From: Octopus vulgaris
Taxonomy: Eukaryota
NCBI GenBank assembly: GCA_951406725.2
Contig: OX597834.1
Location: forward strand, 40,238,001-40,302,000
DNA: 64,000 nt
Direction of reading: 5' to 3'
Of this stretch, positions 40,182-53,812 are shown in pieces; the stretch's first letter is position 1; every line of letters begins with the position of its first letter. The notes under the pieces were generated by a model that searched no databases, had not been told where the DNA came from, and was given only the letters and a program-made list of their open reading frames with translations. Both the position numbers and the translations under genes were made by a program.

Positions 40182-41554
40182 CCACACACATGCGCGCATG
40201 TCACATACACGTGCACGCATTTATGTGACAATGGATCGGTTGAAGTTCGAGATTGCACGGATCGCAATTTAATGATCCGGTAAATTGAAATTATCCTTTC
40301 TCTCCGTGATTCTACAAACTCCGTGGAGGCCTCTTACGTAGTTCATTAATTCAGAGGAAACCCCTGTTGCGTTAATTTCATTACTTCTGTGAATTTTCAT
40401 TATAAGGGCTTCCATGTTGTGCGCCCCGACTCTTCCATGATTCATTAACTGGCATCTATTAACTTTATACACATTACAAGCTATCATCATTAATTATGTT
40501 TCATTTAAACCAACTTTCTGATTCGTGAGAGAAAAAAAATGCCGAAATATCAGATTATTAAAGCAATATGTATGTTTTTCAATGCTGTATTTTAATGGCT
40601 CGCCTTAAGCAATTTCATAAATTATCCATACGTTATGTTCATTAATTATACGTAGGAAAGAACTCCTCACTAATTTTTCACCAATTCTCTCTCTTTCTCT
40701 CTCTCTCTGTGTGACCATTTTTCATGTTGCTTATTAATTCTATCGCAAACACAGCGCATCTGTTTCGTTATTTTTGTATATCAGTCATTTTGCGAAATCT
40801 CTCGCTCGATACAAATTATGACAAGAGTCAACAAGTGAAAATAGCCACTCGTACGATATAAATCTGATAACGAAGCATTTCAGAGAGATTCTTGTAGACG
40901 CTAGTGTTCACAACTCATCTGTTGTCCTACAACATATGCACACACAGAGAGAGTGTTTCTTTATTCACTATAAGGTTGAGATAAAGAGGGGACGATACGA
41001 GGACAGGCAAAGCAAACATTGGGGTCAGGGTATCGAATGAGACGAAACGTATATGAATAAACAAACAATTAAAATATATATACAATTAAATGAGAATGAG
41101 TGATTTACAAAAAAATGAAGCAGAGGACGCGGTTGACCCCACAAACCACAGACTCACACTGAAGACTTTGCTTTCTCCTTTTTTATATTCTCGATTAAAC
41201 AGGTTCTTTCACTCACAACATACTTGCTACAGACTTCCATCTTTTACGAAACACTTTGCGACAGGCATTTCATCTCCAGCCATATTTTCCGTTTCATGTG
41301 GAAAGCGAAAAAGTCGATTAGCTCTAGACTGGAGATGAACATGCCTGTTGCAATTCCTTTCACTCTCGTCTTCCATACTACCTCTTTCGCCTGCGTCTGT
41401 GTTGTTGTTGGACAGTTCAAAACAAATTAATTTGCACGTTTGTTAGAAACTAGCTCTGCTCTTAAAGGAAGATTTCAAATAACTAAATAGCTAAGAACGA
41501 ACAAACGTACGCAGCTGCAACTGATACACTGCCGCTTAAGACGAAGCAAAAAAC

Positions 41555-41950
41555 CCCAGTTGATCTGATCAACGGAACAGCCTGCTCGTGAAATGAACCT
41601 GCAAGTGACTGAGCACTCCGCAGACGAAATACCTATTTCTTTACTACCCACAAGGGGCTAAACACAGAGGGGACAAACAAGGACAGACATAGGTATTAAG
41701 TCGATTACATCGACCCCAGTGCGTAACTGGTACTTATTTAATCGACTCCGAAAGGATGAAAGGCAAAGTCGACTGGCGGAATTCGAACTCACAACGTAAC
41801 GCAGACGAAATACCGCTAAGCATTTCGCCCGGCGTGCTAACCATTCTGCTAGCTCGTCGCAGACACACGTACCCTTAACATAGTTCTCAGGGAGATTCAG
41901 TGTGACACTAAGCGTAACATGGTTGGCTCTTTGAATTACAGGTACAAGTC
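41555..41950 (-). mobile_element. SINE C interrupted by a SINE B (about 41619-41864)
   Basis: SINE C sequence resumes after the insertion; cgcagac on both sides. Confidence 0.85.
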
Positions 41951-42381
41951 ACTTTATCATTTTATATAAAGAAATTAGCATACGAATCTGTATGGCCGGA
42001 AGTTCCCACTTCATTAGAACCTTCGCTACCCAACTCCGCATCGTTTTCTTACCTCTGTTTATCGTCTTTCCTTTTCATTACATTACATTACATATCATGT
42101 GTGCGATACGAGAAGAAACAGCTGTTTCATGCTGACGCATTCTATTTCATTTCTGGGTTGCGTGGAAATACACCAAACGTCAGGTATCGCTCGTGATTAA
42201 ATTTAGAGATTTATAAGTCTATAAGTTAGACATTAATAGGCATACGTTTAGCTATTTTGTTTAGAGGACTGAGTTCTATATTTAGTAAGTGGGAGCCCCT
42301 TTTTTCCAAAAATAAAGAAAAGAAACAGTGTGTGTGTGTGTATGTGTGATGTGCGAATGAGATGCATAAGTGCGTCGTGTT

Positions 42382-42413
<32 letters not shown>

Positions 42414-43197
42414 CGCACACTCATATATTAGGAGATCGGATGATATATATGCACGTGTAGGTATCTAATTGCACGGGAGTATAAATGAGAGAGAACAAGA
42501 GAGAGAGTAAGAAGAACAGTGAGAAAGAGGAGAGAGATTGACAAGAAAAGTGCATATGATTTAATTTCATACCACATCCCCTCCCTTTCTCTCTCCTTGC
42601 CAGCCTCCTTGCCTCCATTTCTTTCCCCACCCCCCGTCCTGCTAACCCCCTCACCCGCCCATCAGTTGCATTTCCTGAAAGTAAACAGACGACATTAATC
42701 AAACTCTTAACTACATCTAAAAATAAGCGAAATAAATTAATAAAAATAAATGAACAAACAAGCGTAACAAACAATCGATCTGTGTTAAAGTGTGAGTCGT
42801 TGTACAATGGTTTCCTCAGTTGTAAAGTGGATCGGTGAACTAAGGCTTCTTTGAGAAGGAAAATAAAAAAACAGCATTTCACTGAAACAACAGATGTAGG
42901 TCAGAGGATGTGTTGAGGCCAATTACTTTGTTTTCGAGTTTGTATTAAGACTTTCGTTTCACAAGAAACTCGCCATTTTCTTTTTTCTTTTCTTTTTTTT
43001 TTTACTCTTTTACTTACTTATTTCAGTCATTGGACTGTGCCTACGATGGGCCGGGGCTTGGAAGAGTTATTTTAGTCGAACCAAGCTTATTTTTAAGCCT
43101 GACTCTTTTGTTGCCTTCGTTTTGCCGAACCGCGAAGTTACAGAGACGTAAACATATCAACACCGCTTGTCAAGTAATGTCAGGGACAAACAAAGGA

Positions 43198-43231
<34 letters not shown>

Positions 43232-43233
<2 letters not shown>

Positions 43234-43381
43234 CCGGCCGAAACTGCTATGATGATCTGGAACTCGTTTGAGGATAGGAAGCTCTGAATGACTCGTCCTT
43301 GTTTTATCCTGTCCTTTTTTGTATCGTCTAACTGTCCGGATGTTTTGTTGTCGCCTCTTACGTTCTTGTTCCATTTTCTCT

Positions 43382-43385
<4 letters not shown>
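43232..43385 (+). mobile_element. Family 2 (TA)n-associated fragment
   Basis: gccgaaactgc..tgatgatctgg and ttttgtatcgtctaactgtccggatgttttg..cgttcttgt match 26540-26700. Confidence 0.65.
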
Positions 43386-43444
<59 letters not shown>

Positions 43445-43454
<10 letters not shown>

Positions 43455-43640
43455 CAAAAAACAAAAGACGAAGACAGGTGTATAAACAACAAACAGGTGT
43501 ATTAGTTTAACGCTTGTAAAGGTGAGAAAGTTTTTAACGTTTCGAGCCTACGCTCTTCAACAGAAAGGAACACGAGGAAAGAAATAGAGAGAGAATATAA
43601 AAACAACTTTTGGAGCTAGCGGTCAATCATGGCGGCTAGC
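43445..43640 (-). mobile_element. Penelope-like pLTR fragment with a minimal hammerhead motif (43530-43568)
   Basis: Sense CUUU CUGUUGA A GAGC GUAG GCUC GAAAC GUU AAAA. Confidence 0.65.
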
Positions 43641-43927
43641 TGTGACACACACACACACAACGGTTTCCTTTTAGTTTCCATCTACCAAATCCACTCACAA
43701 GGTCTTGATCAGCCCAAGGCTATAGTAGAAGACACCTGCCCCAAAATGTCACGCAGTGGCACTGAACCCGAAACCATGTGGTTGGGAAACAAGCTTCTTA
43801 GCACTGAAAGTTCCGACATTTCATTTACGAATACGTCTATTGTTAGCCTTTCTGCAACGCTTTTATTTGAGCATGTCCTTGATGAGTGTTTTGGCCTTTC
43901 ATTTGTCCTTGCACGGTTACTGGATAA

Positions 43928-43969
<42 letters not shown>

Positions 43970-44354
43970 CTGCAACATCTACCTTCCCACTGCAGACCCC
44001 CAGACATAGTAATAAGATGAATACTTCAAACAATAAGTACCGAACTACAATTGTCGTCTAATCCGCTTGCTATAAGACTAGGACGGCACGATCAGCGCTG
44101 GCCTTGGGCTGCATAACAAACAACAATAACTGCAGCCCAGTGAAGCTGAATCAGTTACACTTTCGTATAATGAAGTTATGCCTTTATTTAACAACATCAA
44201 CAAACCACAAAAGCATTATCATTGTAATATTGGACAAAACCACTGACTCAACACTGTTTCATTTATATTCACGAACATTTCACATACTGAATGGTTCTTC
44301 ACACACACACACACACACACATATGTATATGTATACATACATACATACATACAT

Positions 44355-44389
<35 letters not shown>

Positions 44390-44433
44390 TATGCATACAT
44401 GTATAAAACATACGTTATAGATATATATATGTA

Positions 44434-45508
44434 GAGGGTGGTCTGAAAGCCTTGTCATCCCTTACCAAAAAGTAGCAAGAACACCAGAGGAACAATATAA
44501 TAATCCTTTCTACTCTAGGCACAAGGCCGGAAATTTGGGGTAGGGGGATACATTGGCCCGGTGTTTCACTGGTACTTAATTTATCGACCCCGAAAGGATA
44601 AAAGGCAAAGTCGACCTCGGTGGAATTTGAACTCAGAACAAAGACAGACGAAATACCTATTTCTTTACTACCCACAAGGGGCTAAACACAGAAGGTACAA
44701 ACAAGGACTGACAAAGGGATTAAGTCGATTACATCGATTCCAGTGCGTAACTGGTACTTGATTTTATCGACCCCGAAAGGATGAAAGGCAAAGTCGACCA
44801 CGGCGGAATTTGAACTCAGAACGTAACGGCAGACGAAATACCGCAAAGCATTTTGCCCGGCGTGCTAACGATTCTGCCAGCTCGCCGCCTTAGAGGAACA
44901 ATATCATAATATCAAATGCATGTACTGGTTTTAGTATTTTCCCTTTCATTGACACTGACAAACATCGAAGAGGTTTGTATGAACACCATTTTCGTGGCAC
45001 AAAACGGTGCCAAGTCTGATTTGTTCCACAAACTCCAGAGGTTGAACGCAGATTTGAATGATTGTTGGTTTCAACAAGACGGTGCCCCACCCCACTTTGC
45101 CATCAATATCAGGGAATACCTGAATGAGGGTTTATCGGAATAGATGGATGGGGCGAGGATCGATTGGCCTCCCAGAAGCCAAGACCTCACGTCTTACGAC
45201 AATGATCTTTGGAGTATTATCAGGGAGAGATTTTCACAAGGGCAATACTAGAATACCCAGCATTTGAAGGACGCTCTTTTCGGCAGCTTTTGCAACAATC
45301 ACCAAAGCACATCTTCGTAAAACATCACACAGGACATGGCGCCGCATCATTTTGCGCCATGAAAATTACGGCGTTCATACAGACCTTCTCGATTATGTGA
45401 CAGGGTTAATGAATGTGAATATCCTAAAACTAGTTACATGTGTTTGATATTATTATATTGTTCTTGTTTCTTTTCGGAAGCGGCTGACAAGACTTTAGGA
45501 CCACCCTA
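44434..45508 (+). mobile_element. Decayed Tc1/mariner-superfamily transposon containing a SINE B dimer
   Basis: TIR-like agggtggtctgaaagccttgtca / tgacaagactttaggaccaccct; peptides WFQQDGAPPHFA and DWPPRSQDLTSYD. Confidence 0.8.
44499..44891 (-). mobile_element. SINE B dimer (head, tail-1 unit, tail-2 unit) with a 13-bp TSD
   Basis: agaggaacaatat at 44486-44498 and 44892-44904. Confidence 0.9.
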
Positions 45509-45514
45509 TTCATA

Positions 45515-45755
45515 CAGGGTAAGGCCAAAAGTCACCTGACAAGTAAATAAAATAAAACATTTAATTCCAAGATTAAAACAAATAATTGTTTTATATGAGA
45601 CTTCGCTAATAAATAGGCAAATGTTGAAGAGAAAAATAATGGTGATTTTAACTCACAGCATTCAATTATTAAACATTCATAATTGGAATGAATAAATAAA
45701 ATTGAAGTTTTTATAGAATTTTGATTTACTGTCGGGTGACTTTTGGCCAACCCTG
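45515..45755. mobile_element. Tc1/mariner-type MITE
   Basis: TA|cagggtaaggccaaaagtcacctgaca ... tgtcgggtgacttttggccaaccctg|TA. Confidence 0.88.
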
Positions 45756-45759
45756 TATA

Positions 45760-45825
<66 letters not shown>

Positions 45826-45831
<6 letters not shown>

Positions 45832-46215
45832 AAATGAGACAAGAACGCAAAACATTTAGAAGACGATACAAAAAACACGGACGGGTCATTCGAAGCCTCT
45901 AATCTTCAGTCAAGAACCGGAAAAACTAAGCTACGAGTATTAGATTCCTTGGAAAAAAGATCGAATGTATACGAAACAAGGACAGAAAAACGAACGATGT
46001 TACACGAATATAAATACAAAAAACAATAACAATAATAATAACAGAACATAACAACAGGCGTCTTTCGACTTAGACGAATTGAACTTAGCTGGCGTATTTG
46101 AAAAATAATGCCTTACGGCAGACGAAGAATGCGATGTTATCGTGGCGCTAGTCCGAAGCGAAAAGGCTATAGTTGGTCAGCGGTCACGTGAGAAGAGAGA
46201 GAAAAAGAGGGGCAT
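45826..46215 (-). mobile_element. Family 2 (TA)n-associated element, internally deleted
   Basis: Shares ccggttcttgactgaagat..gcttcgaatgacccgtccgtg; both ends lie in TA tracts. Confidence 0.65.
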
Positions 46216-46267
46216 ATATATATAAGTAAAAATACACATTAAATACAGTACATCACCAACGTGTATG

Positions 46268-46306
<39 letters not shown>

Positions 46307-46415
46307 CATATTGTACACATAAACATTGTACACAGACGCGCACACATAATACACATAACATACACACACGCATAACACACTCACCCACACTCAGGCACGC
46401 ATAACACCCACACAT

Positions 46416-46483
<68 letters not shown>

Positions 46484-46869
46484 TTGTGTAGACAGCAACG
46501 CATCCAAAATGACAACAACAATTTCAAAGCAACACCAAACTGATATCCTCGTTTTATGAAAAGAAAAACAATCAACACACAAAAAAACAAAAAATGATGG
46601 TTTTGCAGCAGAAGACAAAAATTGTAGAGAAACTCCCAAGAGAGTTTGAAGAAAAAGAAATAATTGATAAATTTCCAAAGATATCTATGATTAGACTGCA
46701 GAAATAGTAATAGGACTGCTAACAACGTTTAGCGGTGAATATATTATGAATAGTAATGCAACTGTTGACAGCAAACATAAGAAAATCTATTCCGAAGTAA
46801 TTAAAGGTCGCGAAGGAAAGAAAAATGGAGTTCACTGTTGACGTATTATGGTGTTTGGGAGAGAAAAAA

Positions 46870-47217
46870 CGTGTGTGTGAGTGAGTGAGTGAGAGCGTGT
46901 GTATATGAATAAGAGAGAGAGAGTGTGTGTGTGTGTGTGTATGTATGAATGAGAGAGAGAGTGTATGTGTGTGTCTGTGTATGAATGAGTGTGTGTGTGT
47001 GTGTGTGAGTGTGTATGAATGAGTGTGTGTGTGTGTGTGTGTATAAGAATGAGTGTGTGTGTGTGTGAATGAGTGTGTGTGTGCGTGTTAGAATGAATGT
47101 GTGTAAGAATGAGTGTGTGTGTGTGTGTGTGTGTAAGAATGAGTGTGTGTGTGTGTGTAATGAATGTGTGTGTGTGTGTGTGTGTGAATGAGTGTGTGTG
47201 TGTGTGTGTGTAAGAAT

Positions 47218-47253
<36 letters not shown>

Positions 47254-47330
47254 ATGAGTGTGTGTGTGTGCGTGTTAGAACGAGTGTGTGTGCGTGTTAG
47301 AACGAGTGTGTACGTGTTAGAATGAGTGTG
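46870..47330. repeat. aagaatgag(TG)n minisatellite
   Basis: About 15 variable units. Confidence 0.85.
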
Positions 47331-47693
47331 AGCTCCCAGGCATGTCTGACAACCAGTATAGGTTTGTTTATGTCCTCGTAATTTAGCGGCTTGATAAGGA
47401 TAAAGTACCAAGTTTTTAAAAAGTAAGTACAGATTATTCGATTGGCTAAACCCCTCAAGGCGGTGCCCCAACATGGCCGCAGTTCAATGGCTGGATCAAA
47501 TAAAATTTTAAAGAGAAAAATCCCCTCGAAAAACAATGTCAAAATATAAGGTTCCTTTTAGGAGTATTTTTGTCTACATTCATTGAAAAAGATTAAACAG
47601 AGGGAGCTAGTGTACAGTTAAGGGTTAAAATGTATGGAATGGAGACCCTTGATGGCTTAAGAAGGCGGAGGGAAGTAACTTGTTGATTCAAGC

Positions 47694-47837
47694 CAATGGT
47701 TCCCAACCTGTGGTCCGAAAAGGTAGTACTAAAGGTCTGTGAACGTAAGCTGATAGACATTTCAATATCCTGGGGTCCGTGGAAAAACTCATTTAAATAA
47801 AAGGGGTCCTTGGTAGTGAAAAGGTTGGGAACCACTG
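47694..47837. mobile_element. hAT (Charlie-like) MITE
   Basis: TIR caatggttcccaacct / aggttgggaaccactg; degenerate 8-bp TSD attcaagc / gtttaagc. Confidence 0.8.
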
Positions 47838-47934
47838 GTTTAAGCTAAGCTCACATCCTACCAATATCAAAAAGTAACGAGAATAAAGCAATTTTGAAGG
47901 TGTGTTTTCCCTTCCTTGGACCTTTCCTTTTTCT

Positions 47935-47972
47935 ATGTTTCTGACGAAGAGCTCCGCTCGAAACGTTAAATC
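47935..47972 (+). ncRNA. Minimal type I hammerhead ribozyme motif in a Penelope-like pLTR fragment (about 47895-48070)
   Basis: GUUU CUGACGA A GAGC UCC GCUC GAAAC GUU AAAU: canonical CUGANGA and GAAA cores, 4-bp stem II, palindromic AACGUU stem III. Confidence 0.65.
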
Positions 47973-48543
47973 CTCCTACTTTCTTTCCTTTCCTGAGCGT
48001 CCAATAACACTTTACTTGTTCCATGTTCTCGCGTTGTTGTGGTTTCCCTTTGTTCATATTTGGATTAATTGTCTGTCTGTCTGTCTGTATGTATGTAGTA
48101 TGTATGTGTGTGTATGTATGTTGGGGCACCGCTTTTTTCTGTGCTTGTTTCCCATCACTACTTCACAGCCAGCTTTGTTTACGCCTCCGTAACTTAGCAG
48201 TTCGACAAAAGAAACACATAGAATGAAATACCAAGTTTGAAAATAAGCACCGGAGTCCGTTCCACCAAACCCTTTCAAGGCGGTGTCCAATGACAGAAAC
48301 AAGTAAAATAAAATAAAATAAAATAATAAAACAGTCTTTACAGCGATATTTCGAAGGATTTTAAACTCTAATCAATCAATCACACACGATTTTATTATCA
48401 ATAAAAATTGAGTTGTTAAGCATAATTAACGCTAGAGTTGAAATTTATAAAATATTTATGAGTTAAAATGTCAAAAATACCGTACTTCGTCGAAGGTTTT
48501 AATCGCCAATAAAAGAAAATTTCTAGTAACGTTTATTTTAATC

Positions 48544-48948
48544 GCTAAAGAGTGCAATAATAATAATACCAACGGATCTATATTCAATAAGCTGATATTA
48601 CTATTTACCATTAAATAGTAATTACTATAGAAGTGAATAGTATACGCTGCTGTCTTTATATGCTGTCGTCTGTAGCTGAGAATTACGGTGCTTCAGTCAA
48701 TCACGTGACTTGAAAGGCTTGATCATTCACTGTTATGGTAAACCAGATTTTTTTTCAACCATTTTTTTTTTATCTAAGACTTCTTTCATTCCTGTTTTAC
48801 TCTGATGTACCCTTCTAGCCATTCGATGTTTAAAAATAAGACAGTAGTATATACTGTACACTTCTAGTGTAATTACTATTTAATGGTAAATAGTAATATC
48901 AGCTTATTGAATATAGATCCGTTGGTAATTATTATTGCATTCTTTAGC
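48544..48948. repeat. Foldback element with ~100-bp near-perfect inverted arms
   Basis: 48544-48645 is the reverse complement of 48847-48948. Confidence 0.9.
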
Positions 48949-48973
48949 AATAATAAAACTGAAACGAACCCGT

Positions 48974-49022
<49 letters not shown>

Positions 49023-49049
49023 TTGTGTGTGTGTGAGACCATCTGTTGA

Positions 49050-49292
49050 AAACCAGTGTTGGTGTGTTTACGGCCTTAAAAACATTGTCAAGCGGTGGAG
49101 AAAAACAAACACAAAGAAAGACACACACACACACAAAACGGGCTTCTTTTAGTTTCCATCTGCCAAATCCCCTCACAAAGCTTTGGTCGGTAAGGGGCTA
49201 CAGCGGTAAACACTCGCCAAAAAGTTCCATGCAGTGGGACTGAACCCGGAACCATATTGTTGGGAAGCAAAATTCTCACCACACAGCCACGC
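49050..49292 (-). mobile_element. SINE A (5' part)
   Basis: Family match. Confidence 0.75.
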
Positions 49293-49687
49293 TTAACAGT
49301 CTTTGCGTGTTTTTTGAACGGCTAAAACGTGTCTTTCCGGCTGTAATTATTTTACTTTCAGCACACGGTCTCAGATCAAATTATTTGCCAGACAAGTATA
49401 TCTCCGAAATATATAGTTTTCCATAATAGAATTTACGTATAAACGTTTCTGTTTTCGTGAATTCATTACTGTGCAATAAAGAGCAATGGATTAACAGTAG
49501 AGATACAGCGTCGGCAAAAAAGTATCTTGCGGTATTTTCTTCCGGCTCAAATCCCGCCAACGTCAACTTTACCGTTCATCCTTTTGAGATCGATAAAATA
49601 AAGCATCAGTCTTTGTATCAAAATTATTACACAAATACACATACAGTACTTACACAAATATACATACATACGTATACATACATACAT

Positions 49688-49900
49688 CTCATATAAAATC
49701 CGTTTTGTTTCTCTGTGTGTGTGTTTGTGTGTGGGGCTTCTAGGATCTCGGGCATCCTCCATCGGATTGCGCTCAAATTTGAAATGTAGATACCGACGGT
49801 ATCAGTGCGTGTATAGGTCTTGAAAAAATTACAAAAATCGATTCCAGATGAGAATGCGATCGATAAAACCGTAGGAAATGGTTTTTCTTTGGAATAGAAA
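49688..49900 (+). mobile_element. 5' part of another Helitron-like element
   Basis: A|TC start tctcatataaaa, short (TG)n, then ccatcggattgcgctcaaatttg; no 3' end seen. Confidence 0.4.
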
Positions 49901-50079
49901 AAAAGTATCTTTATTTCTTCTTTTGCTGGTGTCTCAAATTTAGGTTAAATCAGTGATTCTCAAAGGGGAGGCCTATGGGATGATTGGACAAGTTGTTTTG
50001 AGAAAATTTGGTTTAAATGTTTGACAACTCAGCACCGTCCATTGGACAGGGGGCATTTTGCTCGTATGTGTATATATAT

Positions 50080-50377
50080 ATCCGTGCTATCTTTATTGTT
50101 TTTACGTATTTTTGAATTTTTTTCGAGTAACATCGTCCGTTTTTCCGTCACCGTGTTGTATACTTTCGAGGTTTTCTTCCAAGGAATCTAATGCGATTGG
50201 CTTAGATTTCCCTTGGCGGGCTGCCCAGATTGGAGCAATCTCAAGATTAATCAGCCGAAATTGCGAAGATGATCTGGTTCTTGACTGATGACTGAGAGCT
50301 TCGAAAGTCCCGTCTGTGTGTTTTTTTGTCGTCTTCAAAATGTTTCACGTTCTTGTCCCAGTTTGTGTTTTTTTAAC

Positions 50378-50385
<8 letters not shown>
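50080..50385 (+). mobile_element. Family 2 (TA)n-associated element with a hammerhead-like core
   Basis: ctgatgactgagagcttcgaaagtc at 50285-50309; 3' end abuts (TA)n. Confidence 0.6.
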
Positions 50386-50427
<42 letters not shown>

Positions 50428-50471
50428 TTAAAAATGTTTTAGCCCGAAGGCCGCGGCCATGCTGGGGCACC

Positions 50472-50536
<65 letters not shown>

Positions 50537-51226
50537 TACATACATACATACATACATACATACATACATACATACATACATACATACATACATACATACA
50601 TACATACATACGCGCAAAAGGCAATGGGGTTAACTGGAAATATTCGTGACAACTTCGTAGAATTTACGTTTCGGGCTAAGAGCGATTGTAAAGAGCTCTG
50701 TGCTCCTACTGTTTACCACTCTACAAATAAAGATAACGCATTTAATATCCAAACTATGTGTCAATCCCATATTTTGAAGAGATGTTTGTAGGCTTAAAAG
50801 CCAACATGGCGACCGCAACGTATAGAAGTGTGTGTGTGTGTGTCTGCGTATGTCACAGGATGTTGCATGTACATCTTAATATCAATCTATGTTGGATTAT
50901 ATTTAAACTCACGAGAATTGAGCGAATGCTGTATCAGATATTTTATATTACATGTATTGGATGACACACACACATATTTATATATATTCTTAATGTTCTT
51001 TCATTTTCCACACAGATATTGTTGTAACTAATTCGAAATTTTCCATTGGACGCTTTCAGCGATAAATTCCCCATTTTGGGATCAGCCAAAAGGAATGGTG
51101 AGCAGCAAGTATCGCAACACACACACACACACACGTGTGATTGGTGATGCGACTGTAACTTCTGCCGGTTATTAACGAGATAGATAGGTAGGTAGAAATA
51201 GATAGATAGGTAGGTAGGTAGGTACG

Positions 51227-51300
<74 letters not shown>

Positions 51301-51326
51301 TATAGATAGATAGATAGATAAGTAGG

Positions 51327-51376
<50 letters not shown>

Positions 51377-52422
51377 CGCACACACCCACAGAAAGGATGT
51401 CAGATTATAGAGCATGTAGGTGTGTGTGAGGGAGAGGAAATTTCAACCATTATACGTGCATAACACTAACAACAAAAAAAAAGAGAAAAAAGACAAAACT
51501 ATTGCATATAGAGCAATATTTATTTGGGGAACTGGAAAGCATCTGCGCCCCTCACCTCTCTCTCTCCCTTCATCCATTCATACATGAAACAGCATCCAAC
51601 TGATAGAAGAGGTAAAGGGGTGGGGGGGAACAAAAAAGAAACAATCCGTACTTTATGTCCTGAAGTAAATTGAGATAACAGATAAAGTAGCGAGCGGGGA
51701 GAAGGTCGGATAGGAACGTTCGCGAGATATTAATAATACACACACCATCATACGTAATGGATGGATGTATGTATATATATATATATATATATATATAATG
51801 TGTGTGTGTGTTATATATATATATATGATATACATTATATATATTATATGTATTACATAATATATATATATATGATATATATATATATATATATATATAT
51901 TATTTGTTATATATATATATATGATATACATTATATATATATACATATATATATAATATGCATATATATAATATACATATATAATATATACATATATATA
52001 TAATATATATATAATATACATATATATAAAATATGCATATAATATACATATATAATATGCATATATATAATATATACATATATAATATGCATATATATAA
52101 TATATACATATATAATATGCATATATATAATATATACATATATAATATGCATATATATAATATATACATATATAATATGCATATATATAATATATATATA
52201 TATATATATAATATGCATATATATAATAAGCATATAGGTATATATAATATGGTATATATACTTTTGCTTCAGTCATTTGACTGCGGCCATGCTGGAGCAC
52301 CGCCTTTTAGCCGAACAAATCGCCCCCCCCCCAGGACTTATTCTTTGTAAGCCTGGTGCTTATTCTACCGGTCTCTTTTGCCGAACCGCTAAGTTACGGG
52401 GGACGTAAACACAGACACATGA

Positions 52423-52454
<32 letters not shown>

Positions 52455-52633
52455 TGCTTTAGTCAGTATCATTTTGTCTCCTCTTTCGGTCTTTCATGCA
52501 AGCACAGGGAGTAATTCAGCGTGGCTTGCACGATTTGCTAGAAATAACTGCTAAATCTTTACTCTCTCTCAAATTACACCATGCGTTAAAAATTAAAACA
52601 GAAATAAATGGATAATTCATATTGGATGATGAA

Positions 52634-52850
52634 CGATGAGACGCTCAAAAGTTTCTGGCCTTAAGGTTATCGCAAAAGGTCTTATTGGAGGCCCAACCTT
52701 CCTTGTTCTTTTATAGGGCTTAGAAAAACTGAAGGACCGCTGCAATAAGTGTGTGAATCTGAGAAGGGAAGATGTTGAATAAAATCGTATTTTGCTGATC
52801 CTCCTGTATTTTCTTTTACCCAAGCCAGGAACTTTTTAGCCTCTCCTCAT
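52634..52850 (+). mobile_element. Mariner-derived MITE
   Basis: Degenerate TIRs gctcaaaagtttctggcctt / aagccaggaactttttagc; C-terminal remnant GLEKLKDRCNKCVNLRREDVE*. Confidence 0.75.
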
Positions 52851-52953
52851 AATCGTGAGGATACGAAAAGAAAAAAGAAGAGGAAAAGGCAGGATGGCCA
52901 CGGTCAAAACAGCTCTTAGTGAAAATGCTGGATCTAATAGTTAATAAGCTGAT

Positions 52954-53426
52954 GGAAGGCGGCGAGCTGGCAGAACTGTTAGCACGCAGGGCGAAATGCT
53001 TAGCGGTATTTCGTCTGCCGCTACGTTCTGAGTTCAAATTCCGCCGAGGTCGACTTTGCCTTCCATCCTTTCGGGGTCGAACAAATTAAGTACCAGTTAC
53101 GCAATGGAGTCGATGTAATCGACTTAATACCTATGTCTGTCATTGTTTGTCCCCTCTATGTTTAGCCCCTTGTAGGTAATAAAGAAATAAGTTAATAAGC
53201 TGTCTACAGCATCATCTGCAGAAGAAATAGGTATTTCGTCTGCCGTTACGTTCTGAGTTCAAATTCCACCGAGGTCGACTTTGCCTTTCATCTTTTCGGG
53301 GTCGCTTTTCGGGGTCGATAAATTAAGTACCAGTTACGCACTGGGGTCGATGTAATCGACTTAATACCTATGTCTGTCCTTATTTGTCCTCTCTATGTTT
53401 AGCCCCTTGTGGGTAGTAAAGAAGTA
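52954..53426 (+). mobile_element. SINE B dimer with a 15-bp TSD and an internal spacer
   Basis: agttaataagctgat at 52939-52953 and 53427-53441. Confidence 0.92.
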
Positions 53427-53776
53427 AGTTAATAAGCTGATCGTGGGACTAAGCAACAGCGATAGCCATGCATAACTATACTTACACATTCAAACACTGT
53501 AAGAGATAGAGAGAGAGCCTTGCACCGCTCCGATCCCTGCTTCACTCAACGTTTAATACTTTGTTAAAAGGTAAGACAGACACTGTATTATAAACAGCAG
53601 GTTTTTGTGCGTGGAGAGAGAAATGTGTTTGTATGGCGATGGTGGGCAGAGAATGAAACGGTGATGACGATGACGATGATGATGGTGGTGGTCGTGGTAG
53701 GACAGAAGAGAACCGTCAGAAAAATCAATAGATAAAGGCAACACGTGCTGTGGCAGTTTAAATTGGGAAATGTTGT

Positions 53777-53812
<36 letters not shown>

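Larger units (their letters stand above)
43005..43800 (-). mobile_element. SINE A split by two (TA)n-associated insertions
   Basis: Tail half 43005-43200 and head half 43650-43800. Confidence 0.75.

Noticed and set aside
39366-40283. 305-aa ORF
   Set aside because: Runs through SINE C, a CA minisatellite and SINE A.
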